A stretch of 64,000 bases of DNA from Verrucomicrobiota bacterium (GTDB lineage Bacteria; Verrucomicrobiota; Verrucomicrobiia; JABWAM01), in NCBI GenBank assembly GCA_023269615.1, contig JAHFSY010000011.1, forward strand, positions 26,116-90,115, given 5' to 3'. Position numbers and translations under genes: made by a program. The notes beneath the pieces are model-generated. The model ran no database searches. It saw only the letters and a program-made list of their open reading frames with translations, and was not told the origin of the DNA. Shown here piece after piece: positions 19,334 to 30,032 of this stretch (position 1 is its first letter; the number at the start of each line of letters is the position of its first letter).

Positions 19334-19475
19334 GGCAACCACCCCGCATCCAGATTTGGAAGAACCTCTGAGTCCAAATGCGTAAGCCATGACTCTCGCT
19401 TGCTCCACCATGCCTTTGTGCTAAACATGCATAAACCATCGCGCAACATTTCCAAATCAACCCAAGGAGTTTCCC

Positions 19476-20297
19476 ATGATCACACGCCGCCAGGCCATCA
19501 AGACCGCCGTCCTCACCACCGCCGCCATCGCCACCCTCCGCCATCTTCCCGGCATCCCCGATCTTTCCGCTGCGACCGTTGACGTTCCACCAACCGGACC
19601 TTTCACGCTTCCGCCCCTCGGCTACGACTACGATGCGCTGGAACCGTTCATTGATGATGAGACCATGCATCTCCACCACGACAAACATCACGCCGCGTAT
19701 GTGGCGAATCTGAACAAGGCCGTGGCGGGCCATCCCAATCTCGAGAAAAAGTCCGTCGAGGAATTGCTCCGCAACCTCGATGCCGTTCCCGAGGCCATCC
19801 GCACCGCGGTGCGCAACCAGGGCGGTGGGCACTACAACCACTCACTTTTTTGGAAGACGCTCTCGAAAAATGAAGGCGGCCAGCCCAAGGGCGAGCTTGC
19901 GAAGGCGATGGACAGGAGTTTCGGTGGCTACGCAAAATTTCAAGAGTCATTCACCAAGGCAGGCACCTCCGTTTTTGGAAGCGGATGGGCATGGCTGAGT
20001 CTGGCGCTGGGCAAGGACCGCGTCATCGAAAAGGAACTCATCATCGAGACCACCCCCAACCAGGACAGCCCCATCATGAAAGGCCATGTGCCGCTGCTGG
20101 GCATGGACGTATGGGAACACGCGTACTACCTGAAATATCAAAATCGCCGCCCCGAATACATCGCGGCGTTTTACAATGTGATCAACTGGGACTACGTCAC
20201 TGAGAGATTTCTCAAGCACAGCGCATTCATTGATGACCGGGACTCTCTCACACTCTATCCCAAGCTCGATGAATCCGGACGCGGCCCCGGGATGTAA
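19476..20297 (+). CDS. sodA: Mn superoxide dismutase with Tat signal peptide
   Basis: MITRRQAIK signal; [26 protein letters not shown] (GGGH and NQD are the Mn-type signature). Confidence 0.9.
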   Translation: MITRRQAIKTAVLTTAAIATLRHLPGIPDLSAATVDVPPTGPFTLPPLGYDYDALEPFIDDETMHLHHDKHHAAYVANLNKAVAGHPNLEKKSVEELLRNLDAVPEAIRTAVRNQGGGHYNHSLFWKTLSKNEGGQPKGELAKAMDRSFGGYAKFQESFTKAGTSVFGSGWAWLSLALGKDRVIEKELIIETTPNQDSPIMKGHVPLLGMDVWEHAYYLKYQNRRPEYIAAFYNVINWDYVTERFLKHSAFIDDRDSLTLYPKLDESGRGPGM

Positions 20298-20345
20298 AGG
20301 CGCTTTGCAGAAGCGCAGCTACATCAAGCCTGTCGCGACCCCATC

Positions 20346-22271
20346 ATGCCTCTGACCATTGATCCCAACGCGGAATGGCTGGAGGCCGATGGGCTCGGCG
20401 GCTTCGCTTCGGGCACGGTGTCGGGGATCCGCACGAGACGTTACCATGCGCTGTTGCTCGCGGCGCGCAATCCGCCCACGGACCGTTTCGTGCTCGTGAA
20501 CGGCTTCGAGGCGTGGGTGGAAACCCCCGATGGAAAATTCGCGCTGAGCTCGCACCGCTACAATCCGGATGTGACTTATCCGGACGGAGCGACGCGCATC
20601 ACGTCCTTCGAAACCAATCCCTGGCCGCGCTGGCGGTTTGCGCTGGAGGATGGAACCGAGATCGAGCAGGAGATTTTTGTCGCGCACGGCTCGCCCCTCG
20701 TCGTCATCTCCTGGAAATGGATCAGCGGGTCAAAGCAAATCACGCTTTCGGTCCGCCCCCTTCTTTCGGGGCGCGACTATCATTCGCTCCACCATGAAAA
20801 TCCCGGATTCCGATTCGACGCGGCTCAGCAGGAGGGCACGGTGGTGTGGCACCCGTATGACGGCGTCCCGCCCGTCACTGCCATTTCCAACGGCATGTAT
20901 TTTCACCAGCCCGAATGGTATCGCAAATTTCTCTACGAGCAGGAACGCGAACGCGGGCTCGATGACACGGAAGACCTTGCCTCGCCCGGAACCTTTCTCT
21001 GGGATCTCCATGAAAACGAAGCGCTGCTGATCTTCACCACCGCGCCGGCATCCGCCGCTTCCGCCGATCAAAAAATCGGGAGCCTGCGCACCATTGAACT
21101 CCAGCGGCGATCACGCTTTTCCTCTCCCCTGCATCGGGCGGCAGACGCCTACATCGTGCAACGTCATGACAAAAAGACCATCGTCGCGGGCTATCCATGG
21201 TTCACCGACTGGGGGCGTGACACCTTCATTGCCATGCGCGGCTTATGCATCGTCACCGGTCGCCTCTTGGAAGCAAAACAAATCCTGCTCGCGTGGGCGG
21301 AGGAGGTTTCGGAGGGGATGACGCCCAACCGTTTTCCCGACCATGGCGGACGCCCTGAATTCAATTCCGTAGATTCATCGCTCTGGTACATTATCGCGGC
21401 GGATGAATTGATGCAGGCGGCAGCCGCAAACAAACAACCACTCTCGACTGAGGAGCAGGAAACACTCGATCGTGCCATTGAATCCATCCTCTCGGGCTAC
21501 GCGCGCGGAACCCGATATGGCATCCGTCTCGACACCGACGGTCTTCTCGCCTCCGGGCAACCCGGCGTGCAACTCACATGGATGGATGCACGCGTGGGCG
21601 ACTGGGCCGTCACCGCGCGAATCGGCAAGCCCGTCGAAATCCAGGCTCTCTGGCTCAACGCGGTCCACATCGGCCGGCGGTTTTCACAGCGCTGGGAAAA
21701 TCTGTTCGCGCAGGGAAGCGAAAGTTTTCTCAAGCGCTTCTGGAATGAAAAAGACAAATGCCTGTACGACGTGGTGGATGTGGATCATCAGGGTGGAACC
21801 GTGGACGCGTCGTTTCGTCCGAACCAGATTTTCGCCGTAGGCGGGTTGCCGCTTGCGCTTCTCGAAGGCGAACATGCTGCGACGGTTGTCCAGGCGGTGG
21901 AAGCGCGTCTCTGGACGCCGATGGGTTTGCGATCGCTCGCCCCGGGCTCGCAGGGATACCGTCCGCATTACGAGGGAGGACCGCGCGACCGCGACGGCGC
22001 GTATCACCAGGGGACCGTGTGGCCGTGGCTGATCGGTCCCTTCATCGAGGCATGGCTGAGAGTGAATGGAAACACTCCCATGAGGCGCGAGGAAGCGCGC
22101 AAAAAGTTTCTCGCACCCATCCTGAAACATCTCGATGAAGCCGGCCTCGGCCACATCTCGGAAATCGCTGACGCCGATGCCCCGCACACGCCGAGAGGAT
22201 GTCCATTTCAGGCGTGGTCCATGGGAGAGCTGCTGCGCATTGGATCCTATTTTCGTGCGAAGGAATCCTAA
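20346..22271 (+). CDS. Amylo-alpha-1,6-glucosidase / glycogen debranching enzyme
   Basis: EWLEADGLGGFASG, TRRYH, AGYPWFTDWGRD, LTWMDA, RPNQ, YHQGTVWPWL, GCPFQAWS. Confidence 0.92.
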   Translation: MPLTIDPNAEWLEADGLGGFASGTVSGIRTRRYHALLLAARNPPTDRFVLVNGFEAWVETPDGKFALSSHRYNPDVTYPDGATRITSFETNPWPRWRFALEDGTEIEQEIFVAHGSPLVVISWKWISGSKQITLSVRPLLSGRDYHSLHHENPGFRFDAAQQEGTVVWHPYDGVPPVTAISNGMYFHQPEWYRKFLYEQERERGLDDTEDLASPGTFLWDLHENEALLIFTTAPASAASADQKIGSLRTIELQRRSRFSSPLHRAADAYIVQRHDKKTIVAGYPWFTDWGRDTFIAMRGLCIVTGRLLEAKQILLAWAEEVSEGMTPNRFPDHGGRPEFNSVDSSLWYIIAADELMQAAAANKQPLSTEEQETLDRAIESILSGYARGTRYGIRLDTDGLLASGQPGVQLTWMDARVGDWAVTARIGKPVEIQALWLNAVHIGRRFSQRWENLFAQGSESFLKRFWNEKDKCLYDVVDVDHQGGTVDASFRPNQIFAVGGLPLALLEGEHAATVVQAVEARLWTPMGLRSLAPGSQGYRPHYEGGPRDRDGAYHQGTVWPWLIGPFIEAWLRVNGNTPMRREEARKKFLAPILKHLDEAGLGHISEIADADAPHTPRGCPFQAWSMGELLRIGSYFRAKES

Positions 22272-22534
22272 GCCTTCTTGGTCGGTTCCGTGTCGCGAGA
22301 ATTGAAATAGTCTTTAAGCTCCTGTTCAGTACGGACCTTGTGCGGCTCGGAAGGAGCCATGAGCCAGTACAAGATCATGCCAACCACGTTGAGCGTACAG
22401 ACGACGATGGTCCAAACAATCTTGTCTGTGTCCTTCATGTCTTCACGGCCAAGCAACGAAATCAAAGTCCACAGCCAGAGGGCGACACCGAGGATCAGAC
22501 CAATGAGAACACTGTTGCTCATTTCGATTTGCAT
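22268..22534 (-). CDS. Small membrane protein (PLDc_N-like)
   Basis: Two TM helices, K.VW.......VVG.ILY pattern. Confidence 0.65.
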   Translation of the reverse strand: MQIEMSNSVLIGLILGVALWLWTLISLLGREDMKDTDKIVWTIVVCTLNVVGMILYWLMAPSEPHKVRTEQELKDYFNSRDTEPTKKA

Positions 22535-22591
22535 GCGTCTCTGTATGACAAATTTATAATAAAATTGCCACGCCAATAAAAGCAGGGCAAT

Positions 22592-23230
22592 CGCATTAAA
22601 ATTCCAGCGAAGCTCAAGGTCTTTCCAGGCGGTTGTCCAGTGCCTCCGCCGCTTATGTTGCGCAACGCAACAGGGCGGCTGCGGCACTGGACAACCTCAA
22701 TTTTCCACGGTTGCGAATGGGTTAAAAAGTCGCGCATTTAACTTCTGGAGAGTTACCGGATGGTATTCAAACTTGGAACACTGCCATCCCACAGGAAAAG
22801 AGGGAAAACAACCACGGATGACACGGATGGGCACGGATGATGCTGTTTTTGCTGTGCCAAAACAGCGTCTTCGCTCTGAATTATCACCTGCAGGGACAGT
22901 GTCCGCAACAGCGGACGCTGGCCCATCCGTGTTCAATCCGTGTTATCCGTGGTTCCAATGCTTAATCTCAATTTTCTGCCGACCGAAGGGTTTCCCTCGT
23001 GGACATGAACAAGGAAGCCCAGTTATTGGCGACCGTGGTGTTCCGGTTCACTCTTTAAATTGTAGCACTTGTCTGAAACGGAGCGGTTGTCGAGGGCCGT
23101 AGCCGCCCTGTTGCGTTGCGCAACATAAGCGGCGAAGGCCCTCGGCAACCGCGTGAATCCCTTGCGCAACGCTTGAGACCGGGAAAGCCTCCGAACCGCA
23201 TTTCCAGCGTTCAGATTGAATTTTAATGCG
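22592..23230. repeat. Non-coding nested inverted-repeat structure
   Basis: 13-bp IR 22592-22604/23218-23230; 66-bp hairpin elements 22631-22696 and 23085-23150 (inverted); CACGGAT pair 22810-22954. Confidence 0.8.
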
Positions 23231-23304
23231 TTTACCACGCCAATAGAAACGATGCCTGCCGTCATCCCATTCGCCGATAACATCGGCTCCTGCATTTCAG
23301 GGTC

Positions 23305-26300
23305 TCAATCCGAAAACAGGAACTGCAGATCGTCTTTCGTGAGATTCCGCGCGAAGCCTTCCTCACCCAGGATATCCTTCACGACGGCGGCTTTTTTCTG
23401 CTGGAGCTGGAAGATTTTGTCTTCAACCGTGTTTTTAGCGACCAATCGGTAGGTGATCACCGTGCGGTCCTGGCCGATGCGGTGGGTGCGGTCAATGGCC
23501 TGCGCTTCCACGGCGGGATTCCACCACGGGTCGTAGAGCACCACGTAGCTTGCAGCTGTGAGATTCAACCCCGTTCCGGCGGCGCGCAGCGAGAGCAGGA
23601 AGACAGACGCACGCTTGTCATTTTGGAACGCCTCGACCACTTCCTCGCGGCGGGCGGTGCGGCCGGTCAGCATGTGATACGGGATGGCGCTCGTCGTGAG
23701 TTCTCCTTCGAGCAGTTTCAACATGCCGACGAACTGGCTGAAGACGAGCACCTTGTGTCCTTCGGCGATCAGCGGTTCCACAAGTTCCATGAGGGCGGCG
23801 GTTTTTCCGGAGCCCAGCTCCGGACTCCCGCCCACCAGCGTGGGGTGACAGCATATCTGGCGCAGGCGCGTGAGCGCGGCGAGCACATGAAGTTTTTTCT
23901 GCGGGAACGATTCCTCTGCTTGCAGATCGGAAACGACCTTTCTCGCCCTCTGCAATTCGGCGAGATAAAGTTGTCCCTGTCCCTTGGTGAGTTCGCAATC
24001 GAGGCGTTCCTCGATGCGGTCAGGAAGGTCGGGCGCCACTTCGCGCTTGATCCTGCGCAGGAGCATCGGCCGCAGGCGCGACGCAAGCTGGCGCCGCTGG
24101 TGCGGCTTGTCCGGCACGTCATACATCTCGGTGAAGCGCGTGCGCGTTCCCAGGTAACCGGGCGTTGCAAAATCGGCGATGCTCCACAAATCGAGAAGGC
24201 GGTTTTCGAGCGGGGTTCCTGTGAGCGCGAGGCGGTGCGTCGCCCTCAACTGCTTGGCGGCGCGGGCGACCAGTGAATCGGGATTCTTGATATTTTGAGC
24301 CTCGTCGAGGACCACCGCGCGGAACTCGAACTGCCGCAACTCGTCAAGATCGCGCCGCAGCAGGGCGTAGTTGGTGACGATCAGGTCGTGCTTCGGAATT
24401 TCCCGTCGCAAACTGTGCCTCGCCTCGCCGCTGGTGAGGAGCAGCACGCTGGCCTTGGACACAAATTTTTCCGCCTCGCGCTGCCAGTTGTACACCACGC
24501 TGGCCGGGCAGATTACGAGACAGGGAGACGGGCCCTCGGTATCGCGCAGGTGTTCCATCCATGCGAGCGCCTGGAGCGTCTTGCCCAGGCCCATGTCATC
24601 GGCAAGAATCGCGCCGAGCCGCAACGACGAACAATATGTCAAAAATTTGAGCCCCTCGACCTGGTAAGCGCGCATGTCAGCCCTCAAACGATTCGGGATC
24701 GCAATTTCAGGCAGTGACTTGAATCCGGTGACCCGCTTGCGAAGATCTTCCAGCGCCGCAATCGTCTCGTCATCGCCCTCTGTCTCAAACAAGGTGGAGA
24801 GCTTCTGGATGGATTCGCGACTCGCACCGGTGAGCTGCCAGACCGTCAGCCTCTGCGGTGAATCCAACGACGCATCCAGGCCAAGGTCGGACATCACATC
24901 CAACACGGCCTTGATCTGCCCGGCCTGCTCCTTGGAAGCCCATTGGCCGCTGGAAAGCTTGATGAATTTCTCGGTGCTCGCGGTTAAATTCTCCATGTCC
25001 GCAGCCGTCAACTGCCGCGCCATCGTCGCCCATTCCGTCGAGAGGCTGAACCAGTCCATGCCGCTGGAGCGAACTTTGAGACGCGGCAGCGATTTGCGCG
25101 ATGGCGTGATCAAGGCTCGAAACGAGGGGTTGGCCCAGTAATCCGCTTTCGGAGGACGCATCGCCCATTGCTCGAGGAAAAAATCAATCCCCCGGCTCGT
25201 CAGATGAGTCACCCACCCTTTCCCTTCTTCAAGCCCCGCATCCTCGGCCTCCTCGTAATCGAGCCCTTCAAACCATTGCTGGGCCGCGTGGGTTTCACGG
25301 GGGTCCGGCAAAACCTCAAGCTCATCCACCGGATGCTTCGCTTGGGGCTGAACCGGCTCGCCCGCGTCTTCCGTCAATGAAAGCGGCTTCAGATCGCGAT
25401 CCACCCCCAACCTGCCGCTTTGGGTCCAGCCATGACTCGTGAATTCCCATTTGCGGCCGTCCTCGCGCGATGTCGCAAACAGCCTCACGCAAAGCCAGTC
25501 ATCCGCCTGCAGGGCGAATGAAAAGGATGGCTGCACTGCGTGATAGCGAATGAGCCCGCGCGAACTTTCGGCCAGGCCCGGAAAACGCCGCAGCAATCCG
25601 GCGATCATCCGCGCGCGCTGCCCTTCCATGAGCGGCAGGCGCACCCCGTCCAGGAAAAGCTTCAGCACCGCGATCGGCGGGGCGTGAAGCACGGGGTGAA
25701 ACACGCCTTGACGGCAGACAAAAATGGGTTCGTCGCCGCCCCCTTTCCCTTCCTGCGGGAGAATCATCTGCGCCTGTGAAAGCAGAATGCGTTCGCCGCC
25801 GGGAAATTGAACCACCAGGTCCAGGCAGGGCTGGCCGCCCTCCTGCTCCTGGGCAGCCGCATTCACGATTTCAGGCTCGATGCGCGCGGGTTCATCCTCG
25901 TAGCGAACGGCGGAGCCATCCGCCCAGACGCAACGCTGGGTGCGGCCCCAGACTGTCAGCCACGCCTTGAGGGCATTGCCGCGCATCTCGATCTCCAAGG
26001 CGTCACGATGAACCGGTGCCAGGCGCTCGGATGCAGAATCGAGCCAGAAGAGAAAATCTGCGTCACCCTGCCCGAACAGGTGTTCGTCGCGAATTGCCTC
26101 GGACGCAAATTGGCAAACCTGCTGGAAGGAGCGCGACGCATCCTTCAATTTTTTGCTCGTCATCAAAAACCCGATCCGGGGCCCCGATCCCTTGGGCGCC
26201 GCAGGATCCCAGGACCAGACAATGCGGATGGAGCGGTCTGGCTTCGGCTCCTTCCATGCGAGCCCATCCACCCATTCCTCGATGGACGAGGCAAGCTCCT

Positions 26301-26994
26301 CCTCGCGCTCCAACACTTCTTCCCGATCGAAGTCCTCGTTGTGACGGAACGCCTCGAGTTCGACGGGCAGCGGAACCCCATGCTTCAGCAATTCGCGCGC
26401 AAAAAGCCACGCCCGCTTCCCGCGATTTTCCGTCTTCAGAAACGAAAGCCAGGAATCGTGCGGCGCCTGGGTCTTCAATCCGAGTTGCGACAGAAATGCG
26501 GGAATGAGCTGCAAGGCGTCCCACGCGTTGCGCGATTCCAGGATGCGCGTGATGAGCGGTTTGACGCGGGTCTCGCGATGCTGGGCGTGCGCTTTGGGCG
26601 ATCCCGAGACAAGGTTCAGGAGGCGGTCAATTTTTTCGTCCATGGAACCTTCACCCTCGTCCGCATCGACCTCACCCGCCTCATGCAACGTTCCATGCTG
26701 CAGCGCGTACTGGGCGACCGCGTAGGCATGATGGCAGTTTCCGCTGGGCCGGCAGGCGCATTCATTGGACCAGGCGCCGGACTGATGGCGCCAGACAACG
26801 CGATGAACCAGCGATTCCCTCACCGAGCCTTCGAGCGATCCTGCATCCATGCGAACATCCTCCACCCGGCCGTTGACGAGGCAATCCGCACCGCGCTTGC
26901 GAGCGGAGAGGGCGAAGGCCTGCACCGCATTCATCAGGGCCTTGCGCCGTGAGGGCGACAGGGAAATCGGATGTGTTTTGGTTGAAATCGGCAC
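23305..26994 (-). CDS. SWIM-zinc-finger SNF2/SWI2 helicase
   Basis: CAC.....CHH; ILADDMGLGKT, VVLDEAQ, LTGTPLEN, FSQF, YDPWWNPAVEAQAIDRTHRIGQ. Confidence 0.93.
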   Translation of the reverse strand: MPISTKTHPISLSPSRRKALMNAVQAFALSARKRGADCLVNGRVEDVRMDAGSLEGSVRESLVHRVVWRHQSGAWSNECACRPSGNCHHAYAVAQYALQHGTLHEAGEVDADEGEGSMDEKIDRLLNLVSGSPKAHAQHRETRVKPLITRILESRNAWDALQLIPAFLSQLGLKTQAPHDSWLSFLKTENRGKRAWLFARELLKHGVPLPVELEAFRHNEDFDREEVLEREEELASSIEEWVDGLAWKEPKPDRSIRIVWSWDPAAPKGSGPRIGFLMTSKKLKDASRSFQQVCQFASEAIRDEHLFGQGDADFLFWLDSASERLAPVHRDALEIEMRGNALKAWLTVWGRTQRCVWADGSAVRYEDEPARIEPEIVNAAAQEQEGGQPCLDLVVQFPGGERILLSQAQMILPQEGKGGGDEPIFVCRQGVFHPVLHAPPIAVLKLFLDGVRLPLMEGQRARMIAGLLRRFPGLAESSRGLIRYHAVQPSFSFALQADDWLCVRLFATSREDGRKWEFTSHGWTQSGRLGVDRDLKPLSLTEDAGEPVQPQAKHPVDELEVLPDPRETHAAQQWFEGLDYEEAEDAGLEEGKGWVTHLTSRGIDFFLEQWAMRPPKADYWANPSFRALITPSRKSLPRLKVRSSGMDWFSLSTEWATMARQLTAADMENLTASTEKFIKLSSGQWASKEQAGQIKAVLDVMSDLGLDASLDSPQRLTVWQLTGASRESIQKLSTLFETEGDDETIAALEDLRKRVTGFKSLPEIAIPNRLRADMRAYQVEGLKFLTYCSSLRLGAILADDMGLGKTLQALAWMEHLRDTEGPSPCLVICPASVVYNWQREAEKFVSKASVLLLTSGEARHSLRREIPKHDLIVTNYALLRRDLDELRQFEFRAVVLDEAQNIKNPDSLVARAAKQLRATHRLALTGTPLENRLLDLWSIADFATPGYLGTRTRFTEMYDVPDKPHQRRQLASRLRPMLLRRIKREVAPDLPDRIEERLDCELTKGQGQLYLAELQRARKVVSDLQAEESFPQKKLHVLAALTRLRQICCHPTLVGGSPELGSGKTAALMELVEPLIAEGHKVLVFSQFVGMLKLLEGELTTSAIPYHMLTGRTARREEVVEAFQNDKRASVFLLSLRAAGTGLNLTAASYVVLYDPWWNPAVEAQAIDRTHRIGQDRTVITYRLVAKNTVEDKIFQLQQKKAAVVKDILGEEGFARNLTKDDLQFLFSD

Positions 26995-27103
26995 AATCGA
27001 TCAGCTTGACAGGGCACGAGGCGGGAATCAATGGAGATCTGAATGGATTTCGGAACAGCCCCGGGAAAGGGAGGAGGACTGCTGCTGGCGGCGATCCCGC
27101 CCC

Positions 27104-27204
27104 TGTGGCTGGGCGTGCGGCTACGAAGTCTTATGCCACCCAACCCTTTTACCCTGGAAAACAAGTGTCGGTGGCAGGGCCTTCTACGCCGCACGCCCAG
27201 CCAC
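27104..27204. repeat. 101-nt hairpin (REP-doublet-like)
   Basis: 17-bp perfect IR GTGGCTGGGCGTGCGGC / GCCGCACGCCCAGCCAC with inner TGCCACC/GGTGGCA stem. Confidence 0.7.
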
Positions 27205-27290
27205 CCTCCCAGCCGAAAAAAAGCAGACAACGGGGTCTCACAACAAGTGAAATCGACGGATGCAAAACCTCCTCTTAGGCGCTCCATGTG

Positions 27291-27668
27291 TCATGCGTCG
27301 TAGAACTGTCTCCAAATATCCGGCATAACCCGAGGAGGCTCAGGCGAAGGCTGAGTTGGAAGCCTCTCAATCCGATCCGAGGTGAGCGCCAATCCCCGCA
27401 CCTCCAGTGAATCAATCCTCGGTGAAACATCAATAACTCGCACTCTCCAAACTTCGTCACCATGCGTCATCGCTCCACAAATGCCGGCTCGGATGTCTGA
27501 TGCCGGAGTGCGAAATGAAATATCACAGATCGAGAGGAAATGGCGGTGGTACACGCGACCGTGCGGACTTGATCCAGAAACGGAGAATGACTCGTGGCGT
27601 GCCTTGCTCAATACGATGTCCGCCACCGTGTAAGTAGCGCCCGTTTTGACTGCCAACGCTTCAGTCAT
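27291..27668 (-). CDS. Hypothetical protein (cassette-like)
   Basis: ORF co-directional with neighbours; no family recognised. Confidence 0.55.
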   Translation of the reverse strand: MTEALAVKTGATYTVADIVLSKARHESFSVSGSSPHGRVYHRHFLSICDISFRTPASDIRAGICGAMTHGDEVWRVRVIDVSPRIDSLEVRGLALTSDRIERLPTQPSPEPPRVMPDIWRQFYDA

Positions 27669-27678
27669 TGAATCACGC

Positions 27679-28197
27679 CTAAACAAAGAGGTTGGGATTG
27701 TACTTTTTAGCATACGCGATCAGGCACTCCTGCGTCTCGTCGGAAAGAGCCCACATCTTGCAGTTGAGGTCGTCAAAATGCTGTTTCCTTTGGTCGATGA
27801 AGTCCAGTCTTTCCGTGAAATCACCATGGGGCTCGCCGTTCGGAAACTCGTCAAAAGCAGCCCGCAAGATGGCAGTGGTTTGAGGCATGCCAATGGCTTC
27901 GTAAGAAGCGATGATCGGCTCTTTGTCCACCTTATGCTGAAAGAGGAACTTGAAACCACCGTTACCCAGCGAGCCCTCTGTGCTATAGACAAGAATAAGC
28001 GTCCTTTCAGGCTCGTCAAGATTCTCCATTCCAACTGCATCCTTTCTGCCTTGAGCCGCATCGACTGCGAAACTCAACTGCAATTCATCCTGTCTGGCTT
28101 GAATCTGCTCAGGGCTCATGAGCTTAAGCTGGGACTTCAGACGGCGAAGGTGAAGGAACAGGCGCCATCGAAACAAGATTTTTTTAAAGAACTCCAT
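27679..28197 (-). CDS. DUF4375/DMP19-like protein
   Basis: EG.LGNGGF..LF, YEAIGM..TA.IL, FDDL pattern. Confidence 0.65.
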   Translation of the reverse strand: MEFFKKILFRWRLFLHLRRLKSQLKLMSPEQIQARQDELQLSFAVDAAQGRKDAVGMENLDEPERTLILVYSTEGSLGNGGFKFLFQHKVDKEPIIASYEAIGMPQTTAILRAAFDEFPNGEPHGDFTERLDFIDQRKQHFDDLNCKMWALSDETQECLIAYAKKYNPNLFV

Positions 28198-28267
28198 GTC
28201 TATAAAAGCCAACGACCGTGTGTCAGGCCACTTTTTGTTGATTTCATCTTGAGCATGCCGTGAATCG

Positions 28268-28477
28268 CTATCTCCTGGAGATCAAGTCAATGAGTTGTCC
28301 CACCACGCATATTGCGATGAGGGCGGCAAAAATAAGATTCAACACTTTTGTGCCGAGCAACACAGACTTTCTTGGCTGTGATGCTAATTTCTCCCTTGCC
28401 TGCATGCGGCTCATGATAAAAATACCGACGGCGCTGACGCCAACAAGGCAGATGCGTGTGATCAAGAATGAGTGCAT
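28268..28477 (-). CDS. Small two-TM hypothetical protein
   Basis: AAGGA RBS upstream; two hydrophobic helices. Confidence 0.5.
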   Translation of the reverse strand: MHSFLITRICLVGVSAVGIFIMSRMQAREKLASQPRKSVLLGTKVLNLIFAALIAICVVGQLIDLISRR

Positions 28478-28579
28478 GATTGTTTCCTTCGTATTCCATT
28501 CCCCCAACGCAACATAAGGCGTCGGAGGCGCCCGGCAAACACTTCGCTCCTCGATCGACCCGAGCAGGCACCATTTTCG

Positions 28580-29995
<1,416 letters not shown>

Positions 29996-30032
29996 GCGCA
30001 ACAGGGACAACCGCGAACGCGCCAAGAATCCG

